NCBI GenBank assembly: GCA_964434115.1
Contig: CAYSSX010000001.1
Location: 18,197-82,196 of the forward strand
Origin: an uncultured bacterium
Lineage (GTDB): Bacteria > Omnitrophota > Omnitrophia > Omnitrophales > Aquincolibacteriaceae
Direction: 5' to 3'
DNA: 64,000 nt
This document shows, one piece after another, positions 9,336-18,349 of this stretch (position 1 is the stretch's first letter; every line of letters starts with the position of its first letter). The notes under the pieces are model-generated. The model did not search any database. It had not been told where the DNA came from and saw only the letters and a program-made list of their open reading frames with translations. The position numbers and the translations under genes are program-made.

Positions 9336-11006
9336 ATGCTCTTGCAGCTGACCATCCGCAATTACGCGCTGATCGATGAAATCTCGCTTGATTTTGATTC
9401 CGGCCTGAATGTTTTGACCGGTGAAACCGGCGCCGGAAAATCCATTCTTTTGGACGCTCTTCATCTTGTGCTGGGAGAACGCGCCGGCGCGGAAATCCTC
9501 CGCAGTAAAGAAAAACCCTGTTTGATTGAAGCTGCTTTTTCCCTGCCTAAAGGTTTTGTTTTTCCGGAAGAGATGACCAGCTTTTTGGAAGAAGGGGATG
9601 ATACGCTCGTTCTTCGCCGTGAGATTTCCTCCGATGGCCGAAGCCGCAGTTTTATCAACCGCAAAGTCGTGAACTTGTCGGCGTTGAAGGATCTTGGGAC
9701 GCGGCTTGTGGATTTCCACGGCCAGCATGACCAGCAGCAGATTTTTCAGAGCGAGACCCACCGCGAACTTGTGGACCGCCTCGCGGGGCTCGGTGCGGAC
9801 ACCGCGCTTGTCCGGAATTACAAAAAAAATTTTGAGGCGTACCGGCAGCTCACCCGGAAGCGGGATGAAATTCTGGAGGCCGAAGAAGGAAGGCAGAGAA
9901 AAATCGATCTTTTGAAGTATCAGATTGATGAGATTGAACGCGTGGACCCTCAGGAAGACGAGGAGGAGTCGCTTCAGAACGAAAAGATCCGTCTGGCGCA
10001 TGCCCAGAAACTTTCGGATTTGACCGGAGAAATTCTGGAGGCTTTGGACTCCGGAGACACCTCGGCCTCTTCGCGGGTGGGCGGTGTTTTCAGAGGATTT
10101 CAATCGTGGGTCAAGATTGACCCCTCGGCCGAAGCCATGCGGTCCTCCCTTGAAGATGTTCAGATGAATCTGGAAGAGCTGAACCGGCAGATCCGTGATT
10201 ATCAGGAAAGTTTGTCTTTTGATGAAGAACGGCTGGCTGAACTGGAACGCCGCGCGGACGGGATTGAAACGCTGAAGAGAAAGTACGGGGGCACGGTCGC
10301 GAAGGTGCGGGAGTTTCTCGAAACCTCCAAACAGGAGTACGACCAGCTCGTCAATGCGGAGGTCTATCAAAAAGACGCGGAACGCGAGATCGCGAAAATC
10401 CTTCCGGATCTGAAAAAGGCCGCGGCGGAAATCCGGGCGCTTCGTGAAAAGGCGGCGAAAAAACTCCGGGCCGAAGCCGAGGGGGAACTCAAGGACCTTG
10501 GAATGCCCCATGCCCGTTTTGAATGCCGGCTTGAGAGTGTGCCTTTTTCAGAAAGCGGAACGGAAACCGTCGAGTTTTTCTTCACGCCTAATCCCGGGCA
10601 TGAATTGAAGCCGCTCGTCAAAGTGGCCTCCGGCGGCGAGGCCTCGAGGGTTTTGCTGGCCCTGAAACGGGCTTTGGCCAAAGTGGATTCGACGCCCACT
10701 TTAATTTTTGATGAAATTGATTCCAACATCGGCGGACGTCTTGGTGAAGTGGTGGGACGCAAGGTTCGGGAAATCGCCGCGGAGCGCCAGGTGCTTTTAA
10801 TTACGCACCTTCCGCAAATCGCGTCTTTTTCAAACCGCCATTTCAAAGTCATTAAGTCGGTTTCCAAAGGCGAGACCCGGGTCCGCTATGAACTTCTTGA
10901 GGGCGAGGAAAAAGTCCGCGAATTGGCCGAAATGATGAGCGGTCTGAAGGAATCGGATATTGCCCGGACCCACGCGAAAGAAATGCTTAAATCGGCTTCA
11001 AATTGA
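9336..11006 (+). CDS. recN: DNA repair protein RecN. The start is adjusted to the MLLQL Met; the ORF track starts at 9300.
   Basis: It has an SMC-like N-terminus (NVLTGETGAGKSIL), a coiled-coil middle and the C-terminal signature/Walker B region (LIFDEIDSNIGG). Confidence 0.9.
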   Translation: MLLQLTIRNYALIDEISLDFDSGLNVLTGETGAGKSILLDALHLVLGERAGAEILRSKEKPCLIEAAFSLPKGFVFPEEMTSFLEEGDDTLVLRREISSDGRSRSFINRKVVNLSALKDLGTRLVDFHGQHDQQQIFQSETHRELVDRLAGLGADTALVRNYKKNFEAYRQLTRKRDEILEAEEGRQRKIDLLKYQIDEIERVDPQEDEEESLQNEKIRLAHAQKLSDLTGEILEALDSGDTSASSRVGGVFRGFQSWVKIDPSAEAMRSSLEDVQMNLEELNRQIRDYQESLSFDEERLAELERRADGIETLKRKYGGTVAKVREFLETSKQEYDQLVNAEVYQKDAEREIAKILPDLKKAAAEIRALREKAAKKLRAEAEGELKDLGMPHARFECRLESVPFSESGTETVEFFFTPNPGHELKPLVKVASGGEASRVLLALKRALAKVDSTPTLIFDEIDSNIGGRLGEVVGRKVREIAAERQVLLITHLPQIASFSNRHFKVIKSVSKGETRVRYELLEGEEKVRELAEMMSGLKESDIARTHAKEMLKSASN

Positions 11007-11074
11007 CAAACCCTGCTGTTTCAGTCCCGGAAGTTTCATTGCTTTAACCCCCCTCATCGTTTAAGATACGCCCC

Positions 11075-12472
11075 ATGCCAACCCTGGATTCCAAATCTAA
11101 GACAATGCCTGGAAAGAAGCCCGTTTCTGAACATCCCAGCCCAAAGCCCGTGCGCGTGGGCATGCTTTCCTTGGGCTGTGCCAAGACCCTGGTGGACAGC
11201 GAAGTGATTCTGGGGAAGCTCGGCGGCCCTTCTTACACCCTTGTCCCGACCGTTTCTGACTGTGATGTGGCCCTTCTCAACACCTGTGCCTTTATCCAGG
11301 ATGCCCAGAAGGAATCCATTGACCGGATTCTGGAATTGATTCAGCTCAAAAAAGAGAAAAAGGTCAAAGCCGTTGTGGTGATGGGCTGCCTGGTGCAGCG
11401 TTTTCCGGACGAACTTCAGAAAGAGCTCAAAGAAGTGGATGCTTTTATAGGCTCCGGGGAATACGCCAAGATCCCCGAAATTGTCGAGCGCGTTTCCGGC
11501 GGCCGCAAAGTAGTGTCTCTGGGGGCTCCGGGATACCTCGTCACTTCCAATGACGCCCGTGTGGCGCTCACGCCGGACTATTCCCGGTACGTTAAAATTT
11601 CTGAAGGCTGCGATCATGTCTGTACCTTCTGCACGATTCCGACTTTCCGCGGCAAGCACCGCTCCAGAACGATTGAGGATGTTGAAAAGGAAGTCCAGCA
11701 ACTTGCGGCTTCGGGCGCCCGTGAAATTATTTTGACAGGTCAGGATACGACGTTTTTCGGCCGTGATCATTCCGGCGCTTTTCTGCTTCCTGAATTGATC
11801 CGCCGCCTTGACCGCGTGGAAGGTGTGGAGTGGCTCAGGCTTCTTTACGCTTATCCCTCCTGTGTTTCCCAGGAGCTGATGGATGTCATGCGCGACTCCA
11901 AACACATGTGCCATTACCTTGACATGCCGCTCCAGCACGCCAGCGACGCCATGCTGCTGGCCATGCGCCGGGGGATTACCAAGCGCCGGACGCAGGATCT
12001 TCTTAAGCGTTTCCGGGACACCGTTCCCGACCTCGCGATCCGCACGACTTTTATCGTGGGATTTCCCGGAGAAACGGAAAAAGATTTCGAAGAGCTTCTC
12101 GCGTTTATGCGGGAAACCCGTTTTGAACGCGTGGGGATTTTTAAGTATTCCCGTGAAGAAGGTTCTCCCGCGGGCGCAATGGAAGATCAGGTGCCTGAGC
12201 GTGTGAAGCAGGAAAGACTTGATCAGGCCATGCAGGTTCAGCAGGAAGTTTCCCGCGAGTTTCACGCCAAGCAGACGGGCAAAACCCTGCGCGTTCTTGT
12301 GGAAGGCCCCCATGAAAGCCTTCCCAAGGTTTGGGTGGGACGTTCCTACATGGACGCGCCCGAAGTGGATGGCACGGTTCAAATTCATTCTTCCCAATCG
12401 CTTCAACCCGGCCGCTTCTATGATGTCCGGATTACCTCCTCGACGGAATATGACCTCCTGGGCAAAATTTAG
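11075..12472 (+). CDS. rimO: Ribosomal protein S12 methylthiotransferase RimO (radical SAM MTTase with TRAM domain)
   Basis: It has an MTTase N-domain (VGMLSLGCAKTLVDSE), a radical SAM CxxxCxxC motif (CDHVCTFC) and a C-terminal TRAM segment. Confidence 0.9.
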   Translation: MPTLDSKSKTMPGKKPVSEHPSPKPVRVGMLSLGCAKTLVDSEVILGKLGGPSYTLVPTVSDCDVALLNTCAFIQDAQKESIDRILELIQLKKEKKVKAVVVMGCLVQRFPDELQKELKEVDAFIGSGEYAKIPEIVERVSGGRKVVSLGAPGYLVTSNDARVALTPDYSRYVKISEGCDHVCTFCTIPTFRGKHRSRTIEDVEKEVQQLAASGAREIILTGQDTTFFGRDHSGAFLLPELIRRLDRVEGVEWLRLLYAYPSCVSQELMDVMRDSKHMCHYLDMPLQHASDAMLLAMRRGITKRRTQDLLKRFRDTVPDLAIRTTFIVGFPGETEKDFEELLAFMRETRFERVGIFKYSREEGSPAGAMEDQVPERVKQERLDQAMQVQQEVSREFHAKQTGKTLRVLVEGPHESLPKVWVGRSYMDAPEVDGTVQIHSSQSLQPGRFYDVRITSSTEYDLLGKI

Positions 12473-13472
12473 CCAAGATTGTTTTCAATTTCCCAATGTG
12501 ATCAGCCTGGCCCGGCTGGTGCTGGGTTTCTTTCTTCCATTCTTTATTCTGCATCCTTCCCCGTGGGCGCATTTTTTCGCAGCGGTTCTTTTCACGGTGG
12601 GTGCTATCAGTGACCATTGGGACGGCTACTACGCCCGGAAATTAAACCTTGTCAGCGATTTTGGGAAATACATTGATCCGCTGGCGGATAAATTTTTTAT
12701 CCTGGGTCCTTTGGCCGCGTTCGCGCATTTGGGTTTTTACTCCGTGGCCTGGGTGGTTCCGGTGTTTGTCCGTGAGATCATTGTCACGTTCTGCCGCACG
12801 GGATGGCTGATGGAGGAGAAGGCCGTGGGGGCGGAAGCTTTGGGCAAATACAAACTGGGGTTTCAGGTCGCGATTGTTGCGTTTGCCGTTTTGTTTCTTA
12901 ATTTTTCCCATTACGCCTGGCTGAGCTGGCTGGCGCCTCTGATGCAGGGTATGATGATTCTTTGCCTGTGGCTGGGTGTTTTTATGACCTTGCTTTCCGG
13001 GTACACCTTTCTGCTTTCCAACCGCGCCAATAACCTCACGCCGTTTTTCGCAAAATTCACGAGCGCGATGGGGGTGGGACTCATTCCTCTCGCGCCCGGA
13101 ACCTGGGGGAGTGTGGTCGGGGTTCTTCTGGCCCTGCTCGCGCAGGTGCATGGGGTGGTTTATTTTCTGACGTTTGTTTTTCTTTTCTGGGCGGGCTGGT
13201 GGGCGGTTTCCCGGCTTGATCTCAGCAAGGAAAAGGATCCCTCCTATGTGGTCGTGGATGAAACCTGCGGCATGATGCTGGCTTTGGCCGGTGTTCCTCT
13301 TCACTTCTGGAGTGTGGTGCTCGGGTTCGTGCTGTTCCGTTTTTTTGACGTGGTGAAACCTTTCCCGCTCAGGCGGCTTGAGAAACTTCCCGGGTACTGG
13401 GGCATCATGTTTGACGACCTGGGCGCCGGTGTTTACACCTGGATCATTTTGAAAATGATTTGGGGCTGGTGA
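12450..13472 (+). CDS. Fusion of CDP-diacylglycerol--glycerol-3-phosphate 3-phosphatidyltransferase (PgsA-like) with phosphatidylglycerophosphatase A (PgpA-like). The start is inferred at the in-frame ATG about 23 nt before the rimO stop; the ORF track starts at TTG 12219.
   Basis: The N-terminal half has the CDP-alcohol phosphatidyltransferase motif DHWDGYYARKLNLVSDFGKYIDPLADK. The C-terminal half carries PgpA signatures (LIPLAPGTWGSVVG, VVDETCGMMLAL, MFDDLGAGVY). Confidence 0.75.
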   Translation: MTSWAKFSQDCFQFPNVISLARLVLGFFLPFFILHPSPWAHFFAAVLFTVGAISDHWDGYYARKLNLVSDFGKYIDPLADKFFILGPLAAFAHLGFYSVAWVVPVFVREIIVTFCRTGWLMEEKAVGAEALGKYKLGFQVAIVAFAVLFLNFSHYAWLSWLAPLMQGMMILCLWLGVFMTLLSGYTFLLSNRANNLTPFFAKFTSAMGVGLIPLAPGTWGSVVGVLLALLAQVHGVVYFLTFVFLFWAGWWAVSRLDLSKEKDPSYVVVDETCGMMLALAGVPLHFWSVVLGFVLFRFFDVVKPFPLRRLEKLPGYWGIMFDDLGAGVYTWIILKMIWGW

Positions 13473-14737
13473 TGAAAAACCGTTCCCGTCCGCAAGCGGA
13501 AATCCTCACGATCGGCGACGAACTCCTTAAAGGCAGCACCCTGAACTCCAACGCCCGTTTTCTCGGCCGTGAGCTCACAGGCCTCGGTTTCCGTGTGATG
13601 GGGCAGACCTCTTGTCCCGATGATTTGCCCCTGATCTGTGCCCGTCTGGGTGAATGCCTGTCGCGTGCGGAAGTCGTGGTCCTGACCGGCGGCCTCGGTC
13701 CCACACCGGATGATGTGACCCGCGAAGCCCTTGCCGAGTATTTTCAAGTTCCTCTCGAGTTTTCAAAGTCTCAGTACCGTCAGATTGAAAAGTTTTACAA
13801 AACCCGCGGCAAAAAAGTCCCGGGGATTGTCCGCAAAGAAGCGGAGTTTCCAGCTAATGCCGTTCCTCTTGTGAACCGCTACGGGATTGCGCTCGGTTTC
13901 TACATTCCTCTGGTTCGCCAGCTGGTGATTGTTCTTCCCGGGGTTCCCCGTGAGCAGGAGAATATGTTCCGGGATCTGGTCCGTCCTGTCCTGCTGAAGC
14001 GCTACCCGAAAATTTCCGCAAAATATTCCCTGACGATTAAAACCACGGGGCTTTCCGAGCCTGATGTGATGCGCCGTCTCGGAAAAACCTTTTTTCGCGA
14101 TGCTTTTGACTTTGGCATTTATCCCAGCCCCGGGGAGGCCGCGCTTCGGCTGCAGGCGGAGAAAAAAGAGATTGTCCAGCGTTTGCGCACTTTGGCTGAA
14201 AAGCGTCTTGGGCCGCATGTTTATGCCTGGGAGGATCTTTCCTTGTCTGAAGCGATTGGGAAAATTCTTACAAAAAAAAGTCTTACCTTATCTCTTGCGG
14301 AAAGCTGTACCGGGGGGGCCTTGGCCGCGGAAATCACCCAAGCTGCCGGAGCCTCCACTTATTTTCCGGGAGGCGTTGTCACCTACAGTAACGTGTCTAA
14401 AATTCGGGAGCTTGGTGTTTCCCCGGCAGTGCTTTACAAGCATGGCGCTGTTTCTGAAGCGGTCGTCAAAGCCATGGCTTCCGGGGTGCGTAAAAAATTT
14501 GGAGCCAGTCTGGGAATCGGTATTACCGGAATCGCCGGTCCGTCGGGCGGAACCCGTGAAAAAGCGGTGGGAACGGTTTGGATGGCGCTGGCGAGCGCGT
14601 CTTCGGTGAAGGCTTGGCGGTATTCCTTTTCCGGTGAACGCACCCTGGTTCAGGTTAAAAGTGTGCGCAAAGCCTTGGAGCACCTCTGGCATTTTCTTCA
14701 AAAGCCGGAAAAAAAGAAGTCCCCGCGCCGTGCCTGA
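13472..14737 (+). CDS. cinA: Competence/damage-inducible protein CinA (N-terminal MoCF-binding-like domain plus C-terminal CinA/PncC NMN deamidase domain)
   Basis: The N-terminal segment ILTIGDELLKG...VVVLTGGLGPTPDDVT and the C-terminal segment LSLAESCTGGALAAEIT match CinA. The ATG overlaps the upstream stop (TGATG). Confidence 0.85.
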   Translation: MKNRSRPQAEILTIGDELLKGSTLNSNARFLGRELTGLGFRVMGQTSCPDDLPLICARLGECLSRAEVVVLTGGLGPTPDDVTREALAEYFQVPLEFSKSQYRQIEKFYKTRGKKVPGIVRKEAEFPANAVPLVNRYGIALGFYIPLVRQLVIVLPGVPREQENMFRDLVRPVLLKRYPKISAKYSLTIKTTGLSEPDVMRRLGKTFFRDAFDFGIYPSPGEAALRLQAEKKEIVQRLRTLAEKRLGPHVYAWEDLSLSEAIGKILTKKSLTLSLAESCTGGALAAEITQAAGASTYFPGGVVTYSNVSKIRELGVSPAVLYKHGAVSEAVVKAMASGVRKKFGASLGIGITGIAGPSGGTREKAVGTVWMALASASSVKAWRYSFSGERTLVQVKSVRKALEHLWHFLQKPEKKKSPRRA

Positions 14738-15296
14738 TTCCCGCGAAAAACGGGTTTTTCTTGGCCTGCCGCTGCCCGGCCCGCTTAAAGCCGCTGCCGA
14801 AGTTTTTATCCGCCGTACCTCTCCCAAGTTTTCAAGCACGAAATGGTCTGACCCTGAGGGTTTGCATATCACCCTGCATTTTTTTGGGCTTGTTTCTCCG
14901 GAACGTTTGAGCGTGATCCGGAGCGCGGCTTCACAAACGGCTTCCCGGGCGCGCCCCTTTGAACTCGGACTTGAAGGGTTGGGTTTTTTTCCGAAAGCCG
15001 ATCATCCGAACATTCTCTGGGCTGCTCCGGCGGGGGATCTTTTGTTTTTGAAAGATTTGCAGGCGGATTTATGTGCCAGGCTCAGGGCTGAAGGTTTTAC
15101 TGTGGAGGACCGCCCCTTTCATCCGCATGTGACTTTGGGGCGCATCAAGGGCGCGCGGCAATCCCAACCCTTACCGCAGGAATGGACCTTTCCTAAAACT
15201 CCTGCCGTGCGAATTTCTGAAATGGCTTTGTTTGAAAGTGTTTCAACCCCTGCGGGTTCCCGTTATGAAATCCTCGAAAAATTTCCATTCGCCTAA
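14731..15296 (+). CDS. thpR: RNA 2',3'-cyclic phosphodiesterase / 2'-5' RNA ligase (LigT/ThpR family). A GTG start is inferred that overlaps the cinA stop.
   Basis: Two HxTL motifs (HITLHF and HVTLGR) are present in a 2H phosphoesterase arrangement. There is no in-frame ATG before the conserved core. Confidence 0.7.
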
Positions 15297-15951
15297 AAAA
15301 AGAAACATCCAACCGGCCCAGCTTCAATCGGTTTACCGGGCGCTCCGGAAAAGATTCGGACACCAGAGCTGGTGGCCGGGAGAAACTCCCTTTGAAGTCA
15401 TGGTCGGAGCCATCCTGACTCAGAACACGGCCTGGACAAATGTTGAAAAGGCGATTTTGAATTTAAAACAGGCGGAGGCATTAACGCCGCAGTCCATGAG
15501 GAAACTTTCTGCGGCAGAGCTGTCCCAGCTGATCCGTCCGGCCGGCTATTTCAATGTCAAAGCCCAGAGGCTTCACCACTTTCTTGATTTTCTTTTTTCC
15601 GAATATGACGGCCGTCTAGAAAAGATGTTCCTGGAAAAAGGGGAAACGCTCCGGAAAAAGCTTTTGGCCGTGAAGGGGATTGGTCCGGAAACCGCGGATT
15701 CCATGCTGCTTTATGCGGCTCAGAAGCCTTTTTTTGTGATCGATGCCTATACACGGAGAATTTTTTCACGCCATGGTTTAGCCCCTTTGAAGGATGACTA
15801 TCACCAGTGGCAAAAGCTCTTTACGGGAGCCCTTCCGAGAAGCCGCCCTCTTTTTAACGATTATCATGCCCAGATCGTTCAATTAGCCAAAAAGCACTGC
15901 AAAGCCAGTCAGATGCTTTGCGATGGCTGCCCCCTTCAGACCTTCTACTAG
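15265..15951 (+). CDS. Endonuclease III-related HhH-GPD base-excision DNA glycosylase family protein
   Basis: It has an HhH-GPD core (VGAILTQNTAWTNVEKA...LAVKGIGPETADSMLLYA) and a C-terminal Cys cluster (HCKASQMLCDGC). The start is ambiguous (15232 or 15265). Confidence 0.75.
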   Translation: MKSSKNFHSPKKRNIQPAQLQSVYRALRKRFGHQSWWPGETPFEVMVGAILTQNTAWTNVEKAILNLKQAEALTPQSMRKLSAAELSQLIRPAGYFNVKAQRLHHFLDFLFSEYDGRLEKMFLEKGETLRKKLLAVKGIGPETADSMLLYAAQKPFFVIDAYTRRIFSRHGLAPLKDDYHQWQKLFTGALPRSRPLFNDYHAQIVQLAKKHCKASQMLCDGCPLQTFY

Positions 15952-16122
15952 CCGTAATGTTTAACCCTAATGTTTATAATGACTTATGGATAACTATCGA
16001 AATTCAATGCTGTCATTAATTATCAAGAACACCCTTAACCTAACAATTAATGTATAAAAAGTAACAAAAATATCGCCCCATCCATTGTCAACAAATCAAT
16101 CGGGGGCTATACTTTTTAACGT

Positions 16123-16596
16123 ATGGAAGAGAAGCCCAAAAAGAGATTAGGAGAGATCCTGATTGAAGACGGTCTTTTGTCCCCCGAGGGACTGCAGGAA
16201 GCGCTTGCCCATCAGAAAAAAGAGGGCGGGTTGATTGGCCAGATCCTGATCCAGCTTGGGCATATGACCGAAGAGGACTTGATCAGCGCTCTTGGCAGGC
16301 AGCTTCGAATGCCCTATTTGCCGCTGAATCAGTATGCCGTGAACATTGAAGGCGCGCGGGTGCTGGAGGGGGACTATTGCCGGAAGAATATGCTTCTGGT
16401 TTTTGATGCGGATGACAAGCGGGTTTTTCTCGCGGTCAGCGATCCGCTGAATACGCAGGCCCTTGAAGAGGTCCGCGCGAAGCTCAACCTTAAGCCGCAG
16501 GTTTTTCTTTCAACGCCGTCAGAAATTTTAAACATGCTGGACCTTGTTTTTGCCCGCGACAACACGTCGCCCTCACTTAAGAAAAAAGCAGGCTGA
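16123..16596 (+). CDS. Stand-alone MshEN / T2SSE_N (GspII) domain protein, a predicted c-di-GMP-binding protein
   Basis: It is 157 aa and consists only of the N-terminal domain found in GspE/PilB/MshE ATPases. It carries the 24-residue MshEN c-di-GMP motif RLGxxLIxxGLLxxxxLxxALxxQ (RLGEILIEDGLLSPEGLQEALAHQ, nt ~16144-16215). Confidence 0.75.
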   Translation: MEEKPKKRLGEILIEDGLLSPEGLQEALAHQKKEGGLIGQILIQLGHMTEEDLISALGRQLRMPYLPLNQYAVNIEGARVLEGDYCRKNMLLVFDADDKRVFLAVSDPLNTQALEEVRAKLNLKPQVFLSTPSEILNMLDLVFARDNTSPSLKKKAG

Positions 16597-16597
16597 T

Positions 16598-18349
16598 ATG
16601 GCTTCCAGAGACAGTCATTTTGCGGACCTCCAAAAAATCCTGCTCAATGAAAATGTGCTTTCTGCCACGGATATGCATGAAGCCCTCCGCGAGCAGTCGG
16701 AAACGCATGAACCGCTGATTGAAATTTTGATCCGTTTGGGAAAATGCGATGAGAAAAAACTGGTGCAGGTTTTAAGCCACGAATTTGGTTTTACGGCGGT
16801 CAACCCGGCGGTTTTCGCAGTCGAACCCGCGGTGATCTCGCTGGTTCCCAAAAAACTCGCGGAAAAGTACACGGCCCTTCCGATTTCACTTTTTGAAAAA
16901 ACACTCACCATTGCCTTTGCCAATCCCATGAACTTTCAGGCCACTGACGAATTGCACGCGGTGACAGGCTACCGCGTCAAGCCCGCCATTGCGCAGGCGA
17001 AGGTGCTTAAAAAATATATCCAAAAATATTACTCTGAAACCGGATCCGCGAACGCTGCGCAGCCTGCTCCCCAGGTGGATTACAACCAGGAAATGGATGA
17101 TATCGTCAAGGCGATTGAAGACGAGCATTCGGAGGTGGAGCTTCAGACCTCGGATTTGATGAAGGTGGCTTTTGAAACGCCGGTCATCAAACTGGTAAAC
17201 CGGCTTTTGATTGAGGGGATTAAGCGGCGTGCCAGTGACATTTTTATTGAACCCTGGGAAAATCATGTGCGGGTGCGCGCCCGCGTGGACGGGCTTTTGG
17301 AAGAAGTGGTCAGGCCGCCTAAATCGCTTGCGTCCGCGATTGTCTCGCGCATTAAAGTCATGAGCGATTTGGACATTGCCGAGCACCGCATTCCCCAGGA
17401 CGGGCGATTCAAGGTCAAAGCCGAAAAACGGCAGGTGGATATGCGTGTTTCCGTTCTGCCGACTACTTTCGGAGAAAAGGTGTGTCTTCGTATTTTGGAC
17501 ACCACGGCGCAGAGCCATGATATTTCAAAGCTTGGGTTTAATGAACGCGAACAGCAGATTATCCGTGACTCCTCGCGCAAACCGCACGGCATGATGCTTG
17601 TCACCGGTCCGACCGGAAGCGGTAAAACCACCACGCTGTATTCCGTGCTCAAATACCTGGATGCCCCGGATGTGAATATTACGACCGTCGAAGATCCGGT
17701 GGAATACCAGCTCCCCGGGATCAATCAGGTGAATGTGAAGGACGGGGTGGGGCTTACGTTTCCGGCTTCCCTGCGTTCTATTCTCCGCCAGGACCCGGAC
17801 ATTATTCTCATCGGTGAAATCCGTGATAATGAAACGCTTGATATCGCGGTCAAGGCCGCGCTGACCGGGCACCTTGTGCTCAGCACCCTGCACACCAATG
17901 ACGCAGCCAGCTCGATCACGCGTATGGCCAACATGGGGCTTGAACCTTTTCTGATTGCCTCGACCGTGATCATGATTTCCGCGCAGCGCCTGCTCCGGCG
18001 GTTGTGTTCCAAATGCCGCAGTCCTTATGACGTGGAGGTTTCCGTGCTCCGCGATTTGGGCGCCGACACCTCCCGCACGACGTTTTATAAACCCAAGGGC
18101 TGCCCGAGCTGCCGCGGAACCGGTTACACGGGCCGCACGGTGATCACGGAACTTCTCGAAATGGAGCCGCCGATTTTGGAACTCATTATGAAAGGCGCGA
18201 CTTCGGAAGCGATTAAAGTGAAAGCCCGCGAACTGGGCATGACGACGCTGCGTGAATGCGCGCTGCGCAAAGCCGCGGACGGGGACACCTCTCTGGAAGA
18301 GGTTTACCGGGTTACGGCCGAGGATTCCGGGAAAGGGGGCGAGGAATGA
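16598..18349 (+). CDS. pilB: Type IV pilus assembly ATPase PilB / GspE-family (paralog 1)
   Basis: It has an N-terminal GspII-like domain, Walker A (GPTGSGKTTTL), Asp and His boxes, and a tetracysteine motif (CSKCRS...CPSCRGTG). The start is immediately after the upstream stop. Confidence 0.9.
   Translation: MASRDSHFADLQKILLNENVLSATDMHEALREQSETHEPLIEILIRLGKCDEKKLVQVLSHEFGFTAVNPAVFAVEPAVISLVPKKLAEKYTALPISLFEKTLTIAFANPMNFQATDELHAVTGYRVKPAIAQAKVLKKYIQKYYSETGSANAAQPAPQVDYNQEMDDIVKAIEDEHSEVELQTSDLMKVAFETPVIKLVNRLLIEGIKRRASDIFIEPWENHVRVRARVDGLLEEVVRPPKSLASAIVSRIKVMSDLDIAEHRIPQDGRFKVKAEKRQVDMRVSVLPTTFGEKVCLRILDTTAQSHDISKLGFNEREQQIIRDSSRKPHGMMLVTGPTGSGKTTTLYSVLKYLDAPDVNITTVEDPVEYQLPGINQVNVKDGVGLTFPASLRSILRQDPDIILIGEIRDNETLDIAVKAALTGHLVLSTLHTNDAASSITRMANMGLEPFLIASTVIMISAQRLLRRLCSKCRSPYDVEVSVLRDLGADTSRTTFYKPKGCPSCRGTGYTGRTVITELLEMEPPILELIMKGATSEAIKVKARELGMTTLRECALRKAADGDTSLEEVYRVTAEDSGKGGEE

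Noticed and set aside
9333-10511. A 392-aa ORF on the minus strand, opposite recN
   Set aside because: It is entirely antisense to a well-supported recN. Its composition is Arg/Gly/Pro-rich, typical of GC-rich antisense frames, and it has no recognisable domain.
11054-12406. A 450-aa ORF on the minus strand, opposite rimO
   Set aside because: It is antisense to a clear radical-SAM RimO, has no motifs and is most likely a spurious GC-driven open frame.
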